Shown in pieces: positions 12,499 through 26,667 of a stretch of DNA of 64,000 bases (positions within the stretch are counted from its first letter, which is position 1; the number at the start of each line of letters is the position of its first letter). The DNA is taken from assembly GCF_004010195.1 (NCBI RefSeq), contig NC_057760.1, forward strand, positions 2,146,343 to 2,210,342, written 5' to 3'. Origin of the DNA: Chiloscyllium plagiosum. Lineage: Eukaryota. The position numbers and the translations under genes are program-made. The notes under the pieces are model-generated. The model was given only the letters and a program-made list of their open reading frames with translations, did not search any database and was not told the origin of the DNA.

Positions 12499-13308
12499 CT
12501 GAACACAGAATGGAGAGGGCAGGGGTGGGTTTGGGGGGGAGGGGGGGGTAACTGCGTTAAAGATACAGCACCAGTGGAGTCGTGCCCTCCTCAGCTCCTT
12601 CCCGCATCGTCACCCACTTCCACTCATGAGATTGTGGGATACGAGGGTCGCATCATTTTCCAGCCCCCAACCCCATCTCTGCTTGCTCTTGCCACCCCAA
12701 GTCAGCAACGCTACAGCGGGAAAGACTCCAGCGTGAACCTGACGGGGTTTTCCAACACCTTTTACAGACCCCTTGCCTGATTCTATTTCCAAATTTTTCA
12801 ATAAACTGGATCTCTCAAAACGCCTGGCCGTAGAGTTTGGACTTTTCGCTGGATTATTAAATCAGTAACATCTAATCACTGTGCTGCCTACCCAATAGTT
12901 TCCTTTTTCAAAAGCACAGGGCTTACGCTTTCAAAAGGAAAGGCAGAGGGAGGCGAACTGAGAGATCAAAGGGGGCTCCGTTTCCCCTTCACCGGGGTCA
13001 CTGGAGTTTTACCATCCACCAAACATTCACGAGGGATTCAATCAAACAGCGAGGGGGCTCAATCCAAACCATCGCAGCTTTTAGCCTGCTGGGGGGAGCC
13101 GACACTATAAGAACAGCGTTTCATCTCGCTCTTCATCCTTACTCTTAAATAATTCAACTCTGCCGCTATTCCCTTTCAAGTCCCAACCCCCTCCCACCCA
13201 CCCCGTCTGATTTCTCTTTCGCGAGGTGGGGGGGGGGGGGGGGTTGAGGGGAAACGGAGCCCCCGCCCCTCTCCCACTGCTCGCTCGTCCCAGGCCGGCC
13301 GCCGCTAC

Positions 13309-13618
13309 CTTGGTGCGTATCCTCTGGGCTATTTTCTCAAACTTGCCCCTCTCATGGAAGCGGAAGATCCTCTTCTGGCGCTGGGAGGGCAGCACGGGCA
13401 CACGGGGATCGTAGAAGGTGTTGGCCTCCAGGTCATCGCTGGGCTTCTCCCTCAGCAGCAGCTGCTTGAACTGCTCCCGCTTCACCGCCCGGATGTTGGC
13501 TTTCAGGGTGGGCATCCGGTGGGTCAGCTCCACCTCCTTCCCAGTGGCGTCCACCGTTCGGCCCTGGTCGTCCAGTATCAGCGGTGTCGGCTTCAGGTGC
13601 TCCTTCAACTCCACTTTG
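13309..13618 (-). CDS. PRPF3: PRPF3 coding exon 6 ([43 protein letters not shown]...[12 protein letters not shown])
   Basis: Prp3 sequence, AG/GT boundaries, 310 nt. Confidence 0.96.
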
Positions 13619-15866
13619 CTGCCAACGGAAACAGGACGTTAGTCTGAACAAAAAACACATACCAACACCTCAGGTTCCACCATCGGCAGCGGGGATGCAA
13701 CTGTGGTTGTGCCAAGTTTCTTTTTGGGAGGGGGCAGACAATTGGGCTGAGAAGTGGGGGGCACTGGTGGTCAAGTCAGCAATTTGGGCTGACACATGGC
13801 AAATGGCATTTGTACCACACAATTACCTGGGCAAAGACCATCATCAACAAGACAGAATCTAACCATCTCCCCATGTCATTCATTGCCATTAGCAACGTGA
13901 ATCCCAACCCCTAACTATCAACATCCATCTCATTACCATCTCCCAAAAGACAGAATCTAACCATCACGCCCATGACATTCAATGGTGTTACCAACCCAAA
14001 CCTCCCCCTCTATCAAAATCTGCGTGGTCACCATCTCACAAGGGACAATCTAACCATCGCCCCATGACATTCAATAGTGTCACTATGATTGCATTCCCAC
14101 TATCAACATCCTGGGGTTCACCATCTCACAGGAGACTATTAATAATTGGTCTTTGGAGTTCAATGGCACTACCATCACTGAATCCCCCACTATTAAAGTC
14201 CGAGGAGTTACCATTGACCTGAACTGGAGCAGCCATATAAATTGTGCCCCACAATAGCAGGAGGGGGGCTGGGAGTCCTGCAACCAGTAACTCACCTGCT
14301 GACTCCCCAAAGCCTGCCCCACCATCAACAAGGCACATGTCAGGAGCACAGTGGAATACTCCCCACTTGCCTGGATGGGTGCAGCTCCAACCACACTCGA
14401 GGAGCTTTGACACCATCCAGGACAAAGCAACCCGCTTGGTTAACATATTCATTCCCTCCACCACTGATGCTCAGTCGTAGCAGTATGCACCATCAATAAG
14501 ATGCACTGCAGCAACTCACCATGACCTTCCAAACCCATGACCACTTCCATCCAGTACAACAAGGGCAATTGATACATGGGAACATTGCTGTCGCCCCCCC
14601 CCACCCCCCGCAATCCGGAGTTGGAAATATACTGTTTCTCTATGCTACTTTCTCCACACCCCCACCCTCCTCTCATTTATCTCTCCACCTTTCAGACCCT
14701 CTGCCTGTATTCCTGATGAAGGGCTTTTGCCCAAAACATCAACTCTGCTGCTCCTTTGATGCTGCCTGCACTGCTGTGCTTTTCCAGAGCTGGAAATGTG
14801 TTGCTGGAAAAGCGCAGCAGGTCAGGCAGCATCCAGGGAACAGGAGAATCGACGTTTCGGGCATAAGCCCTTCTTCAGAAAGCCCTTTTCCAGCACCACT
14901 CTAATCTAGACTCTGGTTTCCAGCACCTGCAGACGTTATTTTTATCTAATATATTATTTCATCACTAGCACTGGGTGTAAAGTCCTGGAATTCCCTCCTT
15001 AAAGGCATTGAGAGTCATCAACCATAGTTCAAGAAGGGGAGCTCACCACCACCTTCTCAAGGGCAACTAGAGACAGGCAATAAATGCTGACTCAGGCAGC
15101 GCACCAAATCCCATGAGTGAATTTTTTTTTTAAATACCAAATAAAGGTAAGTCCCAACTGGCCAAATACTGTGCTTGCTAGTGTGCTTGCTAGTAGAGAC
15201 AAGATTCATCTGTGGAGAGGCAACACTGACAGAGAAATTATATAAAGCTTACGGACTCTCGGAGAGACAAGATCAGCGCAGCGACTGGGCAGTGGTCTAG
15301 TCTCCACATGATAAAAGGACACAAAGGTGCAAGAGCAGAATTTAGTAGATTGAAACAGAGAGGCTGAGAGATTTCTGGTGACCAGTCACATCAAGGGATA
15401 TGGGGACTGCGTGGGTAATTGGCGTTGAGGTGGACCATCAGCCATGATCGAGAATGGTGGAGCAGGCTCGAGGGGGCAAACGGCCTTCTCCTGTTACTGG
15501 AGTAGGGGGAAAACAGAGGACATGCTCTCACGGGGAACAGGGCATCTGCTCCCACGCAGAAATATTTCACGCAACAGTGAAAAATACCATGTCAAGGAAT
15601 GACAGCAACTGGAGGACTGCCAACACGTTACAGTTACGAATAAATGGGAATCAAGGAGAAATGTCTGTGTATCCTGAGAGGGAGAATGTGGAATTCACAC
15701 CCATGGGACGTGGTCGAGGTAAAGAGCAGGATAGGGGCAACGTGAGGGAGAGAGGGTTCCTTCACCAAGTGTCCGAGAAGATGCACCCCCCCAACCCTCA
15801 GTCAGTGCAGGCTAGGACCACTCACTTTCTCCCCATGGGGCAGCACACTGCAGCACAGATACTCAC

Positions 15867-16087
15867 GGGGGTGCGATGCCCATGGCGTGCAGATTGGCGA
15901 GGCCCACCAGGTTGGTGCTCTGCAGCAGTCCGGGCTTCAAGGAGAGCTGGGTCTGGATCCGGGCCTGCAGTTCGGCCGCCTTCTTGGCCTTTTCAATGGC
16001 ATCGTTCATAAAGGAGGCTGCCTGGGAGGGCTGGATGGTCTGACCCATCGGAGGCAGGTCAGCGTTGGGAGCCAGGGCCGAAACCCG
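15867..16087 (-). CDS. PRPF3: PRPF3 coding exon 5 (...[30 protein letters not shown]...[12 protein letters not shown])
   Basis: tgcag| acceptor, CC|gtgagt donor, 221 nt. Confidence 0.95.
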
Positions 16088-17001
16088 CTGCAGAGAAACA
16101 AGGTCACGTCAGGCAACAGCGAACAGCAGAGAGCTCAACCAGAGAGACGCCCATTTCTGCAGCACCTCTCACCACCTCAGCTGGCCCCAGAATAGGTCAC
16201 AGGTTGACATCCAGTCAACATTGGGCTGTGGCACCTCAAGACTACAGCCTGCTTGATGGACACTCCATCTATCACCTTCCTTCATTCATTCACTTCCTCC
16301 ACCAGTAACGCCCATTCGCAGCAGGGTGTACCATCTACAAGATGCACTGCAGCAAATCACCAGGGCTCCTCAGACACCATTAATATCTAGAAGGACAAGG
16401 ACAGCAGATACATGGAACTGTAAGTTCCCCTCCAATCCACTCACCATACTGCCTGGACGTATACAGTCGTCCACTCACTCCCTTACAGTACTGTGGGTGT
16501 CCCCTACATCACCACAGACTGCAGCAGTTCAAGAAAGCGACTCACCATCACTTCAATGGGCAACCAGATATAGCAACAAACACTAATCCAGCTAGTGACA
16601 CCCACCTCCCGTGCTCAAAGAGAACCCGCAGCACCTCACGTGTGCACAGCGATACGAGAAATCGTGACACAATGACGATCACATCACCTTTGACTGAACC
16701 GATGCCAGCCAGGGAAGGGACGGCCCTCCGCGATCTCTCTTGCCTCTTGCACAACCCCTCCCTGTTCCAAGCACTCAGTCCAAAGACATTGCCTGAAATT
16801 ATCTTGAACTCCACTGAGATGGATGAACAGAAGTCCCTGGTTAACTCCAAGGACTTTCCTTCCAACTCCGCAATGGAAGGGATAACTGGAACCCTCCCAT
16901 ACCCAACTTTCTCTCCCAAGCAGGGGTGCCCTGGAGTGCAGCAATGATCAGGCACAGCAGAGCTCCACCATCACAGCTGCTGTTGTGACAGTACCCGTTA
17001 C

Positions 17002-17085
17002 CTGCTGGAATGAAGGGGTGATCAGACTCAGCTGCCGCTTCCGTTCCTCAATCTGCTTTGTCGCCGCCTCCATCATCTGTTTGAT
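17002..17085 (-). CDS. PRPF3: PRPF3 coding exon 4 (IKQMMEAATKQIEERKRQLSLITPSFQQ)
   Basis: AG/GT boundaries, 84 nt. Confidence 0.95.
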
Positions 17086-17202
17086 CTGGAAGGCAAATAA
17101 GGAAAAGGAATGAGTAGATTCACAGCAAAACAACATCAGAATCAATAATCAAGCTTCCTCGGGGCCTTTCAGCCGAAGGTAAATCTTCCTCGACTCTGTC
17201 TC

Positions 17203-17653
17203 CATCAAACACTCCCAGGACAGGGACAGCACGGGGTTAGATACAAAGTAAAGCTCCCTCTACACTGTCCCCCCCATCAAACGCTCCCAGCACAGGGACA
17301 GCACGGGGTTAGATACAGAGTAAAGCTCCCTCTACACTGTCCCCCCATCAAACGCTCCCAGCACAGGGACAGCACAGGGTTAGATACAGAGTAAAGCTCC
17401 CTCGACACCATCCCCTCATAAAACACTCCCAGGACAGGGACAGCACAGGGTTAGATTCAGATTAAAGCTCCCTCTACACTGTCCCCCCCATCAAACACTC
17501 CCAGCACAGGGGCAGCACGGGGTTTGATACAGAGTAAATCTCCCTCTACACTGTCCCCCCATCAAACACTCCCAGCACAGGGGCAGCACGGGGTTAGATA
17601 CAGAAAAAAGCTCCCTCTACACTGTCCCCCATCAAACACTCCCAGGACAGGGA
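17203..17653 (+). repeat. ~71-bp minisatellite, ~6 copies
   Basis: catcaaac recurs at about 71-bp spacing. Confidence 0.9.
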
Positions 17654-18196
17654 TATGTCAACAATTCAGCTATTAGCTGTTGAGGTGGAGCGGTGAGATG
17701 AAAGAAGTTTATAAAATAATGGGGGATACAGATAGGGTTAATGGTGGTTGTCTTTTCATTCGGGTGGAGGAATTCAAGACTCGGGGGCACATTTTTAACC
17801 TTACAGGAGAGAGATTTAAAAAAAAGAAGAGGGACTTTCTTTTTAAACAGAGAGTGATTCGCACGTGGAATGAGCTTCCTGAGGAAGTGGTGGATGTGGG
17901 CACAGTTACAACACTTAAAAGACATTTGGATAAGGACATGAACAGGAAATGTTTGGAGGGATATGGGTCAGCAACAGGCAGGTGGGAGTAGTTTAGTTTG
18001 GGATTATGAACTGATTAGTCTGTTTCTGTGCTGGATGACCACGTTGTTACAGTTTTGCTCAATGATTCTGCCTTCCTATGGTTCATTAACAGTTCACTGC
18101 CGTGTGCTATTTAAATACTGTTATACAACACTTCGCACTGTAACAAGATAAACGTGACAATAAATAAATCAAATCAAATAGGCCCTGCAGGCCGGG

Positions 18197-18824
18197 ATCA
18201 AAAAAGTGTGGTGCTGGAAAAGCACAGCCAGTCAGGCAGCATCCAAGGAGCAGGAGGGTCGACGTTTCGCACAGAAGGCCTTATGGAGTTTAGAAGATTA
18301 AGGGGAGATCTAATAGAAACTTCCAAGATAATACATGGCTTGGAAAGGGTGGGCGCTAGGAAATTGTTTCCGTTAGGCGAGGAGACTAGGACCCGTGGGC
18401 ACAGCCTGAGAATTAGAGGGGGTAAATTCGGAACAGAAACGCGGAGACAGTCCTTCAGCCAGAGAGTGGTGGGCCTGTGGAATTCATTGCCGCGGAGTGC
18501 AGTGGAGGCTGGGACGCTAAATGTCTTCAAGGCAGAGATTGATAAATGCTTGATGTCACAAGGAATTAAGGGCTACGGGGAGAATGCGGGTAAGTGGAGT
18601 TGAAATGCCTATCAGCCATGATTGAATTGCGGAGTGGACTCGATGGGCCGAATGGCCTTACTTCCACTCCTATGTCTTATGCTCTTATGGTCTTATGATG
18701 CCTAATGAAGAGTTTATGCTCGAAACGTGGATTCTCCTGCTCCTTGGATGCTGCCTGACTAGCTGCGCTTTTCCAGCACCACACGTTTTGACTCTGATCT
18801 TCAGCATCTGCAGTCCTCACTTTC
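18197..18824. mobile_element. Inverted-repeat Penelope-like short element with a nested CR1 3' fragment (~18280-18697)
   Basis: 15-bp TSD gccctgcaggccggg at 18182-18196 and 18825-18839; inverted arms; CR1 ORF2-like peptide inside. Confidence 0.75.
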
Positions 18825-19042
18825 GCCCTGCAGGCCGGGCGCCATCCGAACAGGCCCTGTAGACTGGGTACTGCAGTGCCTTATCGACTCAGTTGATTGT
18901 ATCCAGTAGTGTGCTATTTAAGTAGACACAGCCTGCTGTAAAATACACTGCTTGTTGAATCCTGCTGTAAATCCTACTCTGCTTTGCCAACTCTTTGACC
19001 AGTCTGTGGTCTCAGTAGACATCACGGAGAAATCAGACTGAC

Positions 19043-19183
19043 CTGAATCTTTGTCAGCATGCCTGGACTCTCTGTGGGTGGTCCGGGGATAATGTCATTC
19101 TCCTCAACCTCTTCAAACCTCAGGATCCGTTTCCTCTTGGACGACGATTCCCGAGTGACCTCCGAATCCTCGCCAAAGACCTC
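19043..19183 (-). CDS. PRPF3: PRPF3 coding exon 3 (EVFGEDSE...[15 protein letters not shown])
   Basis: cag|GAG ... CAG|gtcagt, 141 nt in frame. Confidence 0.95.
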
Positions 19184-21400
19184 CTGCCAGCAAAAAAAAA
19201 AACGGAAAACAGTGAGGCACCCATTCAGGTTATTGCAGTCTGCAGGCAACAACAGCTCACATTCATACAACACCTTTAACAGCCCAGAGTGCTAAGCAGA
19301 GCATAAATTGGATCAAATTCGACCACAAGACACACAGGATGATATTAGGTAACCACAATTACGGCTAACAGTGGACAGACAGACAGGCAGAGGGGTATTG
19401 GGAGGGAATTCCAGGATGAAGTGCCGAAGGCAGTGAAGACGTGGTCATCAATCCTAGAGCAATTACAAATAGACAGAGGTGCTGGGAGCAATGTGCAGGG
19501 TAGAATATAGAAGTGCAGAGATCATGGAGGGTTGTAGGAGTTGGAGAAGGGCAGAGAAAGGGAGGTTCCTCATGTCTGAAGAAGATTTGAGATATGGAGC
19601 AGAGTAGAGGCTGAAGGGGATTAGAGAAATACAATAATGAATGCAGAGTTGAAGGCATTTACAGAGATAGGGAGGGGATGTAGGGGCTGGAGGAGATGTA
19701 GGGACTGGTGGGGGTGTCAGAGAAACGGAGGGGGNNNNNNNNNNNNNNNNNNNNNNNNNNNNNNNNNNNNNNNNNNNNNNNNNNNNNNNNNNNNNNNNNN
19801 NNNNNNNNNNNNNNNNNNNNNNNNNNNNNNNNNNNNNNNNNNNNNNNNNNNNNNNNNNNNNNNNNNNNNNNNNNNNNNNNNNNNNNNNNNNNNNNNNNNN
19901 NNNNNNNNNNNNNNNNNNNNNNNNNNNNNNNNNNNNNNNNNNNNNNNNNNNNNNNNNNNNNNNNNNNNNNNNNNNNNNNNNNNNNNNNNNNNNNNNNNNN
20001 NNNNNNNNNNNNNNNNNNNNNNNNNNNNNNNNNNNNNNNNNNNNNNNNNNNNNNNNNNNNNNNNNNNNNNNNNNNNNNNNNNNAATCGGAGGGGGGGGGG
20101 GGTGCGCGTTTCTCAGGAGGCTGGGGATGAAGGGTGCAGAGGGTAGGAGGAGGTGACATAGATAGGGAGGGGGTGTAGGGGCTGGAGGTGGTGACAGCGA
20201 TAGGGAGGGGGTGTAGGGATTGGAGGTGGTGGCAGAGATAGGGAGGGGGGTGTAGGAGCTGGATGTGACACAGGAATAGAGGGTTTGACTGGTAAAGATA
20301 GACTGGAACTTTTTTTTCCCACTGGAGCAGGGGAGGCTGAGGGGTGACTGAGGTTTACAAAATCATGAGGGGCATCGATAAGATGAATAGCCACAGTCTT
20401 TTCCATAAGGTGGGAACATATGTTTAAGGTGAGAGGAGGGGCAACTTATTTTTAAAAACACAGAGATAGGTTTGTGTGTGGAACAAATTACCAGAGGAAG
20501 TGGATACAGATACAGCTACAATGTTTAACAGATATTTGGATAGCTACACGAATAGGAAAGGTCTAGAGGGACATGGGCCAAACATAGGCAGATGGGACTA
20601 GTTTAGTTTGGAAACATGGTCAGAGTTCGATTAGTTGGACCGAAGGGTCTGTTTCCATTCTGTATGGCTATAAAAAAAAGGGGGGGGTGTTGTAGGGGCA
20701 AGAGGGGATGATAGAGATACAGAGGGGGTATAGGGGGAGGAGGTGAGAGACAGAGGGAGGCTGGAGGATAGAAAAAGACTGGAGGGGATTGCAAAACGAG
20801 AATTTTCAAATAAAAACGGTGGCCTCAAATAAATATTAATTTGTAACCTTGGAGAGAGAGTTGACCTTCATCACCCAAATATTTGCATTTCCTCAAACAC
20901 CTCAGAGGGGCTTCTGAGGTTCTAATCGAGTCAATGAGGAAGTGTTTCCTCGGGCAGGAGGGTCTGTCACCAGAGGGACACAACCTAGAGAATATTCAAA
21001 AGGAACCAGCGTATGAAAGGAGGACAGAGTGATTCACTCTGAGCTGAAACATGCTGCCGAAAGGAGTGGGGCAAGCAGATTTAACAGGAACGGACGGGGG
21101 GGCAGTGGTGTGGGAATGAAGGTGCTGTAGGGGACTGGAGGCTGAGAGTGGGATGCCTCTCACGCAATGAGACGGCATAAGCACAATGGGCTGAATGGTC
21201 AGTGATGTCGGATTTAACAGAAGCTTGAATCGGAGAGTGGGAGGCACAATCTGGAAACCCAGCGGGTTCAGTCATAAAGCAGAGAACACAAAACGGAATC
21301 CCACCTCCCCGCCATTGCCGGTGCCACATCTAACCAAGTGAGACAGGCACAGTACTGTAAACAGGCAACACCCCACATGAAATATTCAGTCAGCGCCAAC

Positions 21401-21531
21401 CTTTAGCTCCCTTTTCCTGTGTTTCTCCCCGCCGGATTTGGAGTGCCGGGTGTTACGACCTTCCTCCACCGCCTCGAACAGCTTGTCCACAAACCGCACC
21501 GTCGAGTCGTCCAGAAACGGTTTCAGGTGCT
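21401..21531 (-). CDS. PRPF3: PRPF3 coding exon 2 ([44 protein letters not shown])
   Basis: AG/GT boundaries, 131 nt, phase matches neighbours. Confidence 0.96.
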
Positions 21532-22652
21532 CTACGGAGGATTGGGGGGGGAGCACATGGGGAAAGACAGGCAGTACGCGTGGGAGAGAATGCGCGAGGG
21601 GAAGAGACCAACAGCATGGCAAGAGAGAGCGCGCGCAGCCACAGAGGTGTGGGGAGTCCGAGGGAGTATGGAGACAGAGAGCGCGAGCATGGGAGGAGAG
21701 AGAGAGAGAGAGAGAGAGAGTGATAAGGAGAGAGAAGACAAAGTTAGACACATACAGAATCACTTTCCATTTACTGCCTTTTGCCCACTTCATAGAAGAA
21801 TTACAGAATTGTTATGGTGCATGAAGCCATTCAGGCCACCATGCCTGCACCAGCCTTTCAAATGAGCATCATTACCTAATGCCAATCTCCTGCTTTTGCC
21901 CCATCATCCTGCACACGACTTCTAACCAAATAACTGACCAGCGCCCCTCTGGAAAGTTTCACTTGAACCAGCCTCTACCACATTTCCAGGCGCTGCATTC
22001 CAGTAGCAACACCCAGGGTTTGTTTATTGGTTCAGTTAGCTGGACAGCTACTTTGCTACACACTGAGGTCAACGGCATGGGTTCGATTCCCACACCAGCA
22101 GCCAAAGTTACCATGAAGTTCGCACCATCTCAGTCTCCTCTGAGACATGGGGTTAAACCCAACACCAATCACCTCTCTGTCTGTTTGTCTAACGAGAGAG
22201 CAGCCCCATGTTCTGCTGGGAATGCAGCAACATTAGTCTCTTTCATTGTTGGACCACCTGCCCGCTGCCAAAAAGAGGTAGGGCCAGATTGAGGGTGGTA
22301 CCTGTGACCATAGCACACAAAAAATGCCCAAAAGGTGACTTGAACAGGACAGCTTTAATTCCCAGGACTGACAAAGGGACCTTACATTAAGTGACAGTGT
22401 GCAAATAGACTGAACAGTCCTTTGTTGATAGACAATGCTCCATTCCACCAACGATCTCAGTCTAACTCCCAACCCAGGATCCCAGCAGTCGCTTTTTTGA
22501 AACTATTAGTGAAATCCAAGAACCAACATAAAAGGTAAACAGCCTCCCCCAGCCCCCGTAAATAGGGAGCACTTAAAAATGCTCAAAGCAAACTGAAGAT
22601 CAGATCAACCATGAAACAGCCGCTGGGGTTAGAAAAGGCACTACCAACTTAC

Positions 22653-22797
22653 CCACTGTTTTCTTTTTGTCCATCCCTTTGCCCACGCAGTTGAGTGCAG
22701 CCGTGACCACGGTCTGCTCTGAGAAGCCCAGTACCCTCTTCACTGTCTTCTCCACCCATGGTTTCAGTTCATCCAGATCACGTTTGGACAGTGACAT
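22653..22797 (-). CDS. PRPF3: PRPF3 first coding exon (PWI domain N-term, [48 protein letters not shown])
   Basis: Translation is recognisably vertebrate Prp3 N-terminus; ATG at 22797; donor G|GTAAG at 22653/22652; upstream acceptor cacag at 22809-22810 implies an earlier non-coding exon. Confidence 0.97.
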
Positions 22798-23189
22798 CTC
22801 TACTTAGGCTGTGTGGAGAGGGGGAGAGAGAAACAGAGCGAGCGTCAGGGCCACAAATTCAATCACCACAACCTACAAACTTGGAAAGGACGACTCCATC
22901 TCTGTCACACGCTTCAATCGGAGAATTTAAACCTCAGCCCGGAGACCTGAGTGACCATAACCCAGGGAGTTTGTACATTGTCACAGCATCACCTACTTTT
23001 TCATTTTAACATTGTGGTGCTTCCACAAGGGCACCCAATTCTCCTCAAAACAATAACATTTCCCAGTGTCTCATCCATTTAAAAAAAAAGCAAAGCATCT
23101 TTTCCCACCACATAGTCATGCACCTACAGTTACCTTGTCCAGGCTTACTGCGTTGTCCCCACAGCTTCATTTCCTACTTAGTTTCACGC

Positions 23190-25002
23190 AAAGTCAGAGC
23201 TGCACAACACGGAAAACAGACCATTCGGTCCAACTCAGCCAAGCTGACCAGATATCCTAAATAAATCTAGTCCCATTTGCCAGCATTTGGCTCACATCCC
23301 TCTAAACCCTTCCTATTCATGTCCCCATCCAGATGCCTTTTAAATGTTGTAATCGTACCAGCCTCCACCACTTCCTCTTGCAGCTCATTCCATCTACACA
23401 CACACACACCACCTTTCCTACTCTGGGGGAAAGACCTTGGCCATTCACCCCACCCATGCCCCTCATGATTCTATACATTTCTGTAAGGTGACCCCTCAGC
23501 TTCTGATGCTCCAGGAAAATAACCCCAGTCTATTCAACTTCTGTCTATAGGTCAAACCCTCCAAACCTGGCAACATGCTTGTAAATTTTTTTATGAATCT
23601 TTTCAAGTTTCACAACAGCCTTTCTATAGCAGGGAAATCATAATTGCCCGCTGTATTCCAAAAGTGGCTGAACCATTGTCGTGTACAGCCTCAATATGAC
23701 CTCTCAACTCCTATACTCAATGTACTGATCTATAACAGCAAGCATACCAAATGCCTTCTTCATTAATCTACCTACAGCTCCACTTTCAAGGAGCTATGAA
23801 CCTGCACGCCAAGGTCTCTATGTTCAGCAACACTCCCCAGGACCTTACCTTGAAGCATACAAGTACTGACCTGATTTGCCTTTACAAAATGCACCTTACA
23901 TTTATCTAAATTAAACTCAATCTGCCATTCCTTGGCCCATCTGATTAAGATCCTGTTGTACTCTGAAGTCACTCTCTTCACTGTCCACTATACCACCAAT
24001 TCTGAACCAAAATATATCACACTTAGGCACCTGTCGTGAAGACGGACTATAAATATTCAAATCACAGCATTACCAACTTGAAACTGACCAGTTCCAAACT
24101 GACTGTGTTTCCTGTCTTTTATTCAATCTTTTACCTAGCTGTCACTTTATCAGTGCTACATCCATGCTTCTGTATTAACCCCAATTAGTCATAGATAGAG
24201 TCATAGAGATGTACAGCATGGAAACAGACCCTTCAGTCCAACCTGTCCATGCCGACCAGATATCCCAACCCAATCTAGTCCCACCTGCCAGCACCCGGCC
24301 CATATCCCTCCAAACCCTTCTTATTCATATACCCATCCGAATGCCTCTTAAATGTTGCAATTGTACCAGCCTCCACCACTTCCTCTGGCAGCTCATTCCA
24401 TACACGTACCACCCTCTGCATGAAAAGTTGCCCTGTTGGTCTCATATCTTTCCCCTCTCACCCTAAACCTATGCCCTCTAGTTCTGGACTCCCCGACCCC
24501 AGGTAAAAGACTTTGCCTATTTATCCTATCCATGCCCCTCATAATTTTGTAAACCACTATAAGGTCACCCCTCAGCCTCCGACGCTCCAGGGAAAACAGC
24601 CCCAGCCTGTTCAGCCTCCCTATAGCTCAAATCCTCCAACCCTGGCAACATCCTTGTAAATCTTTTCTGAACCCCTTCAAGTTTCACAACATCTTTCCGA
24701 TAGGAAGGAGGCCAAAACTGCACGCAATATTCCAACAGTGGCCTAACCAATTGTCCTATACAGCCGCAACATGACCTCCCAACTCCTGTACTCAGTACTC
24801 TGACCAATAAAGGAAAGCATACCAAACACCGCTTTCACTATCCTATCCACGAGCGACTCCACTTTCAAGAAGCTATGAAACTGCACTCCAAGGTCTCTTT
24901 GTTCAGCAACACTCTCTAGGATCTTACCATTAAGTGTATATGTCCTGCTAAGATTTGCTTTCCCAAAATGCAGCACCTCGCATTTATCTGAATTAAACTC
25001 CA
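23190..25002 (-). mobile_element. Two tandem CR1 (HER1-type) LINE 3' fragments in PRPF3 intron 1
   Basis: WQIEFNLDKCKV / VRPLLEYCVQFW / QKRFTRMLPGL peptides; tails at ~23195 and ~24190. Confidence 0.85.
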
Positions 25003-25649
25003 TAAAATTCTATGCATCCTGCTTTAGAGTAATGGCCACATATGTGGCACTTTTATCAAATACTTTTTAAAAATCCAAAAACCCAAGACTTTCTTTACTC
25101 AGCCTAGAAGTAAACACTGGTGCATCTTTGTGCGCACATTAGAGAAGTGAACTTGAATCTAGCCTCCCAAGTCAGCACCCAAACTCTTTCCACTTGCCAT
25201 AGCTGACACACACAAAAACCTTTGCTTGACGTCTCTGCCATTTCCTTGCTCCCCACATTTACTTTCAGCAACTGATTCCATTTTACATATTTACAGAAGC
25301 CGGTTTTCATTTTTTCTAGATTTATGCATGCAATTTCCTCCACCAATCTTTTCTGTCCTTTGCTGAATTTTAAAATCCACCCAAGTCTCAACTTGATACA
25401 TTTCATTTAATCTAAATCAAACCTCACAACATCACATGGTTGGACTGTTTATCCTGTTTCATAGTTATTCCACAATACAGGTGGCTTTGGAGAAAAGTGC
25501 AGAATGCTACCTGGGTTAGAAAGACACAGGTTTGAGGAGAGGAAAGGCGGTGGGGAGGGAGGTTGGGGGGGTGACAGCAGGTGAGATGTGTGACAGGGTG
25601 AGGGGAGTTGACTGCAGGGCAAAAGTGGGGTGAGGGGCAAAAGGCAGGT

Positions 25650-26518
25650 NNNNNNNNNNNNNNNNNNNNNNNNNNNNNNNNNNNNNNNNNNNNNNNNNNN
25701 NNNNNNNNNNNNNNNNNNNNNNNNNNNNNNNNNNNNNNNNNNNNNNNNNNNNNNNNNNNNNNNNNNNNNNNNNNNNNNNNNNNNNNNNNNNNNNNNNNNN
25801 NNNNNNNNNNNNNNNNNNNNNNNNNNNNNNNNNNNNNNNNNNNNNNNNNNNNNNNNNNNNNNNNNNNNNNNNNNNNNNNNNNNNNNNNNNNNNNNNNNNN
25901 NNNNNNNNNNNNNNNNNNNNNNNNNNNNNNNNNNNNNNNNNNNNNNNNNNNNNNNNNNNNNNNNNNNNNNNNNNNNNNNNNNNNNNNNNNNNNNNNNNNN
26001 NNNNNNNNNNNNNNNNNNNNNNNNNNNNNNNNNNNNNNNNNNNNNNNNNNNNNNNNNNNNNNNNNNNNNNNNNNNNNNNNNNNNNNNNNNNNNNNNNNNN
26101 NNNNNNNNNNNNNNNNNNNNNNNNNNNNNNNNNNNNNNNNNNNNNNNNNNNNNNNNNNNNNNNNNNNNNNNNNNNNNNNNNNNNNNNNNNNNNNNNNNNN
26201 NNNNNNNNNNNNNNNNNNNNNNNNNNNNNNNNNNNNNNNNNNNNNNNNNNNNNNNNNNNNNNNNNNNNNNNNNNNNNNNNNNNNNNNNNNNNNNNNNNNN
26301 NNNNNNNNNNNNNNNNNNNNNNNNNNNNNNNNNNNNNNNNNNNNNNNNNNNNNNNNNNNNNNNNNNNNNNNNNNNNNNNNNNNNNNNNNNNNNNNNNNNN
26401 NNNNNNNNNNNNNNNNNNNNNNNNNNNNNNNNNNNNNNNNNNNNNNNNNNNNNNNNNNNNNNNNNNNNNNNNNNNNNNNNNNNNNNNNNNNNNNNNNNNN
26501 NNNNNNNNNNNNNNNNNN
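25650..26518. other. Assembly gap (N); others at 4353-4794, 19735-20083, 40522-41021
   Basis: Runs of N; this one likely hides PRPF3 exon 1/TSS. Confidence 0.99.
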
Positions 26519-26660
26519 GGGCTAGGGGGCGGGGCCGTGACCAGGGGGGGGCTAGGGGCGGGGCCAGGGGGCGGGGCCAGGGGCGGGGCCGTGGCCGGGG
26601 GGGCGGGGTTAGGGTGGCGACGCCCCCGTCGTCCTCCTGACCGCGGGAAGGCGCCAAAGG
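26519..26660. promoter_or_regulatory. GC-box (Sp/KLF) cluster / CpG-rich promoter, probably of PRPF3
   Basis: Multiple GGGGCGGGGC/GGGGCGGGGT boxes next to the N-gap upstream of the first coding exon; E2F-like GCGGGAA at 26643 and 26701. Confidence 0.7.
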
Positions 26661-26667
26661 ATCGCCC

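Noticed and set aside
17203..17653. Regularly spaced repeats resembling a CRISPR array
   Set aside because: Whole unit repeats with no unique spacers; eukaryotic intron, no cas genes
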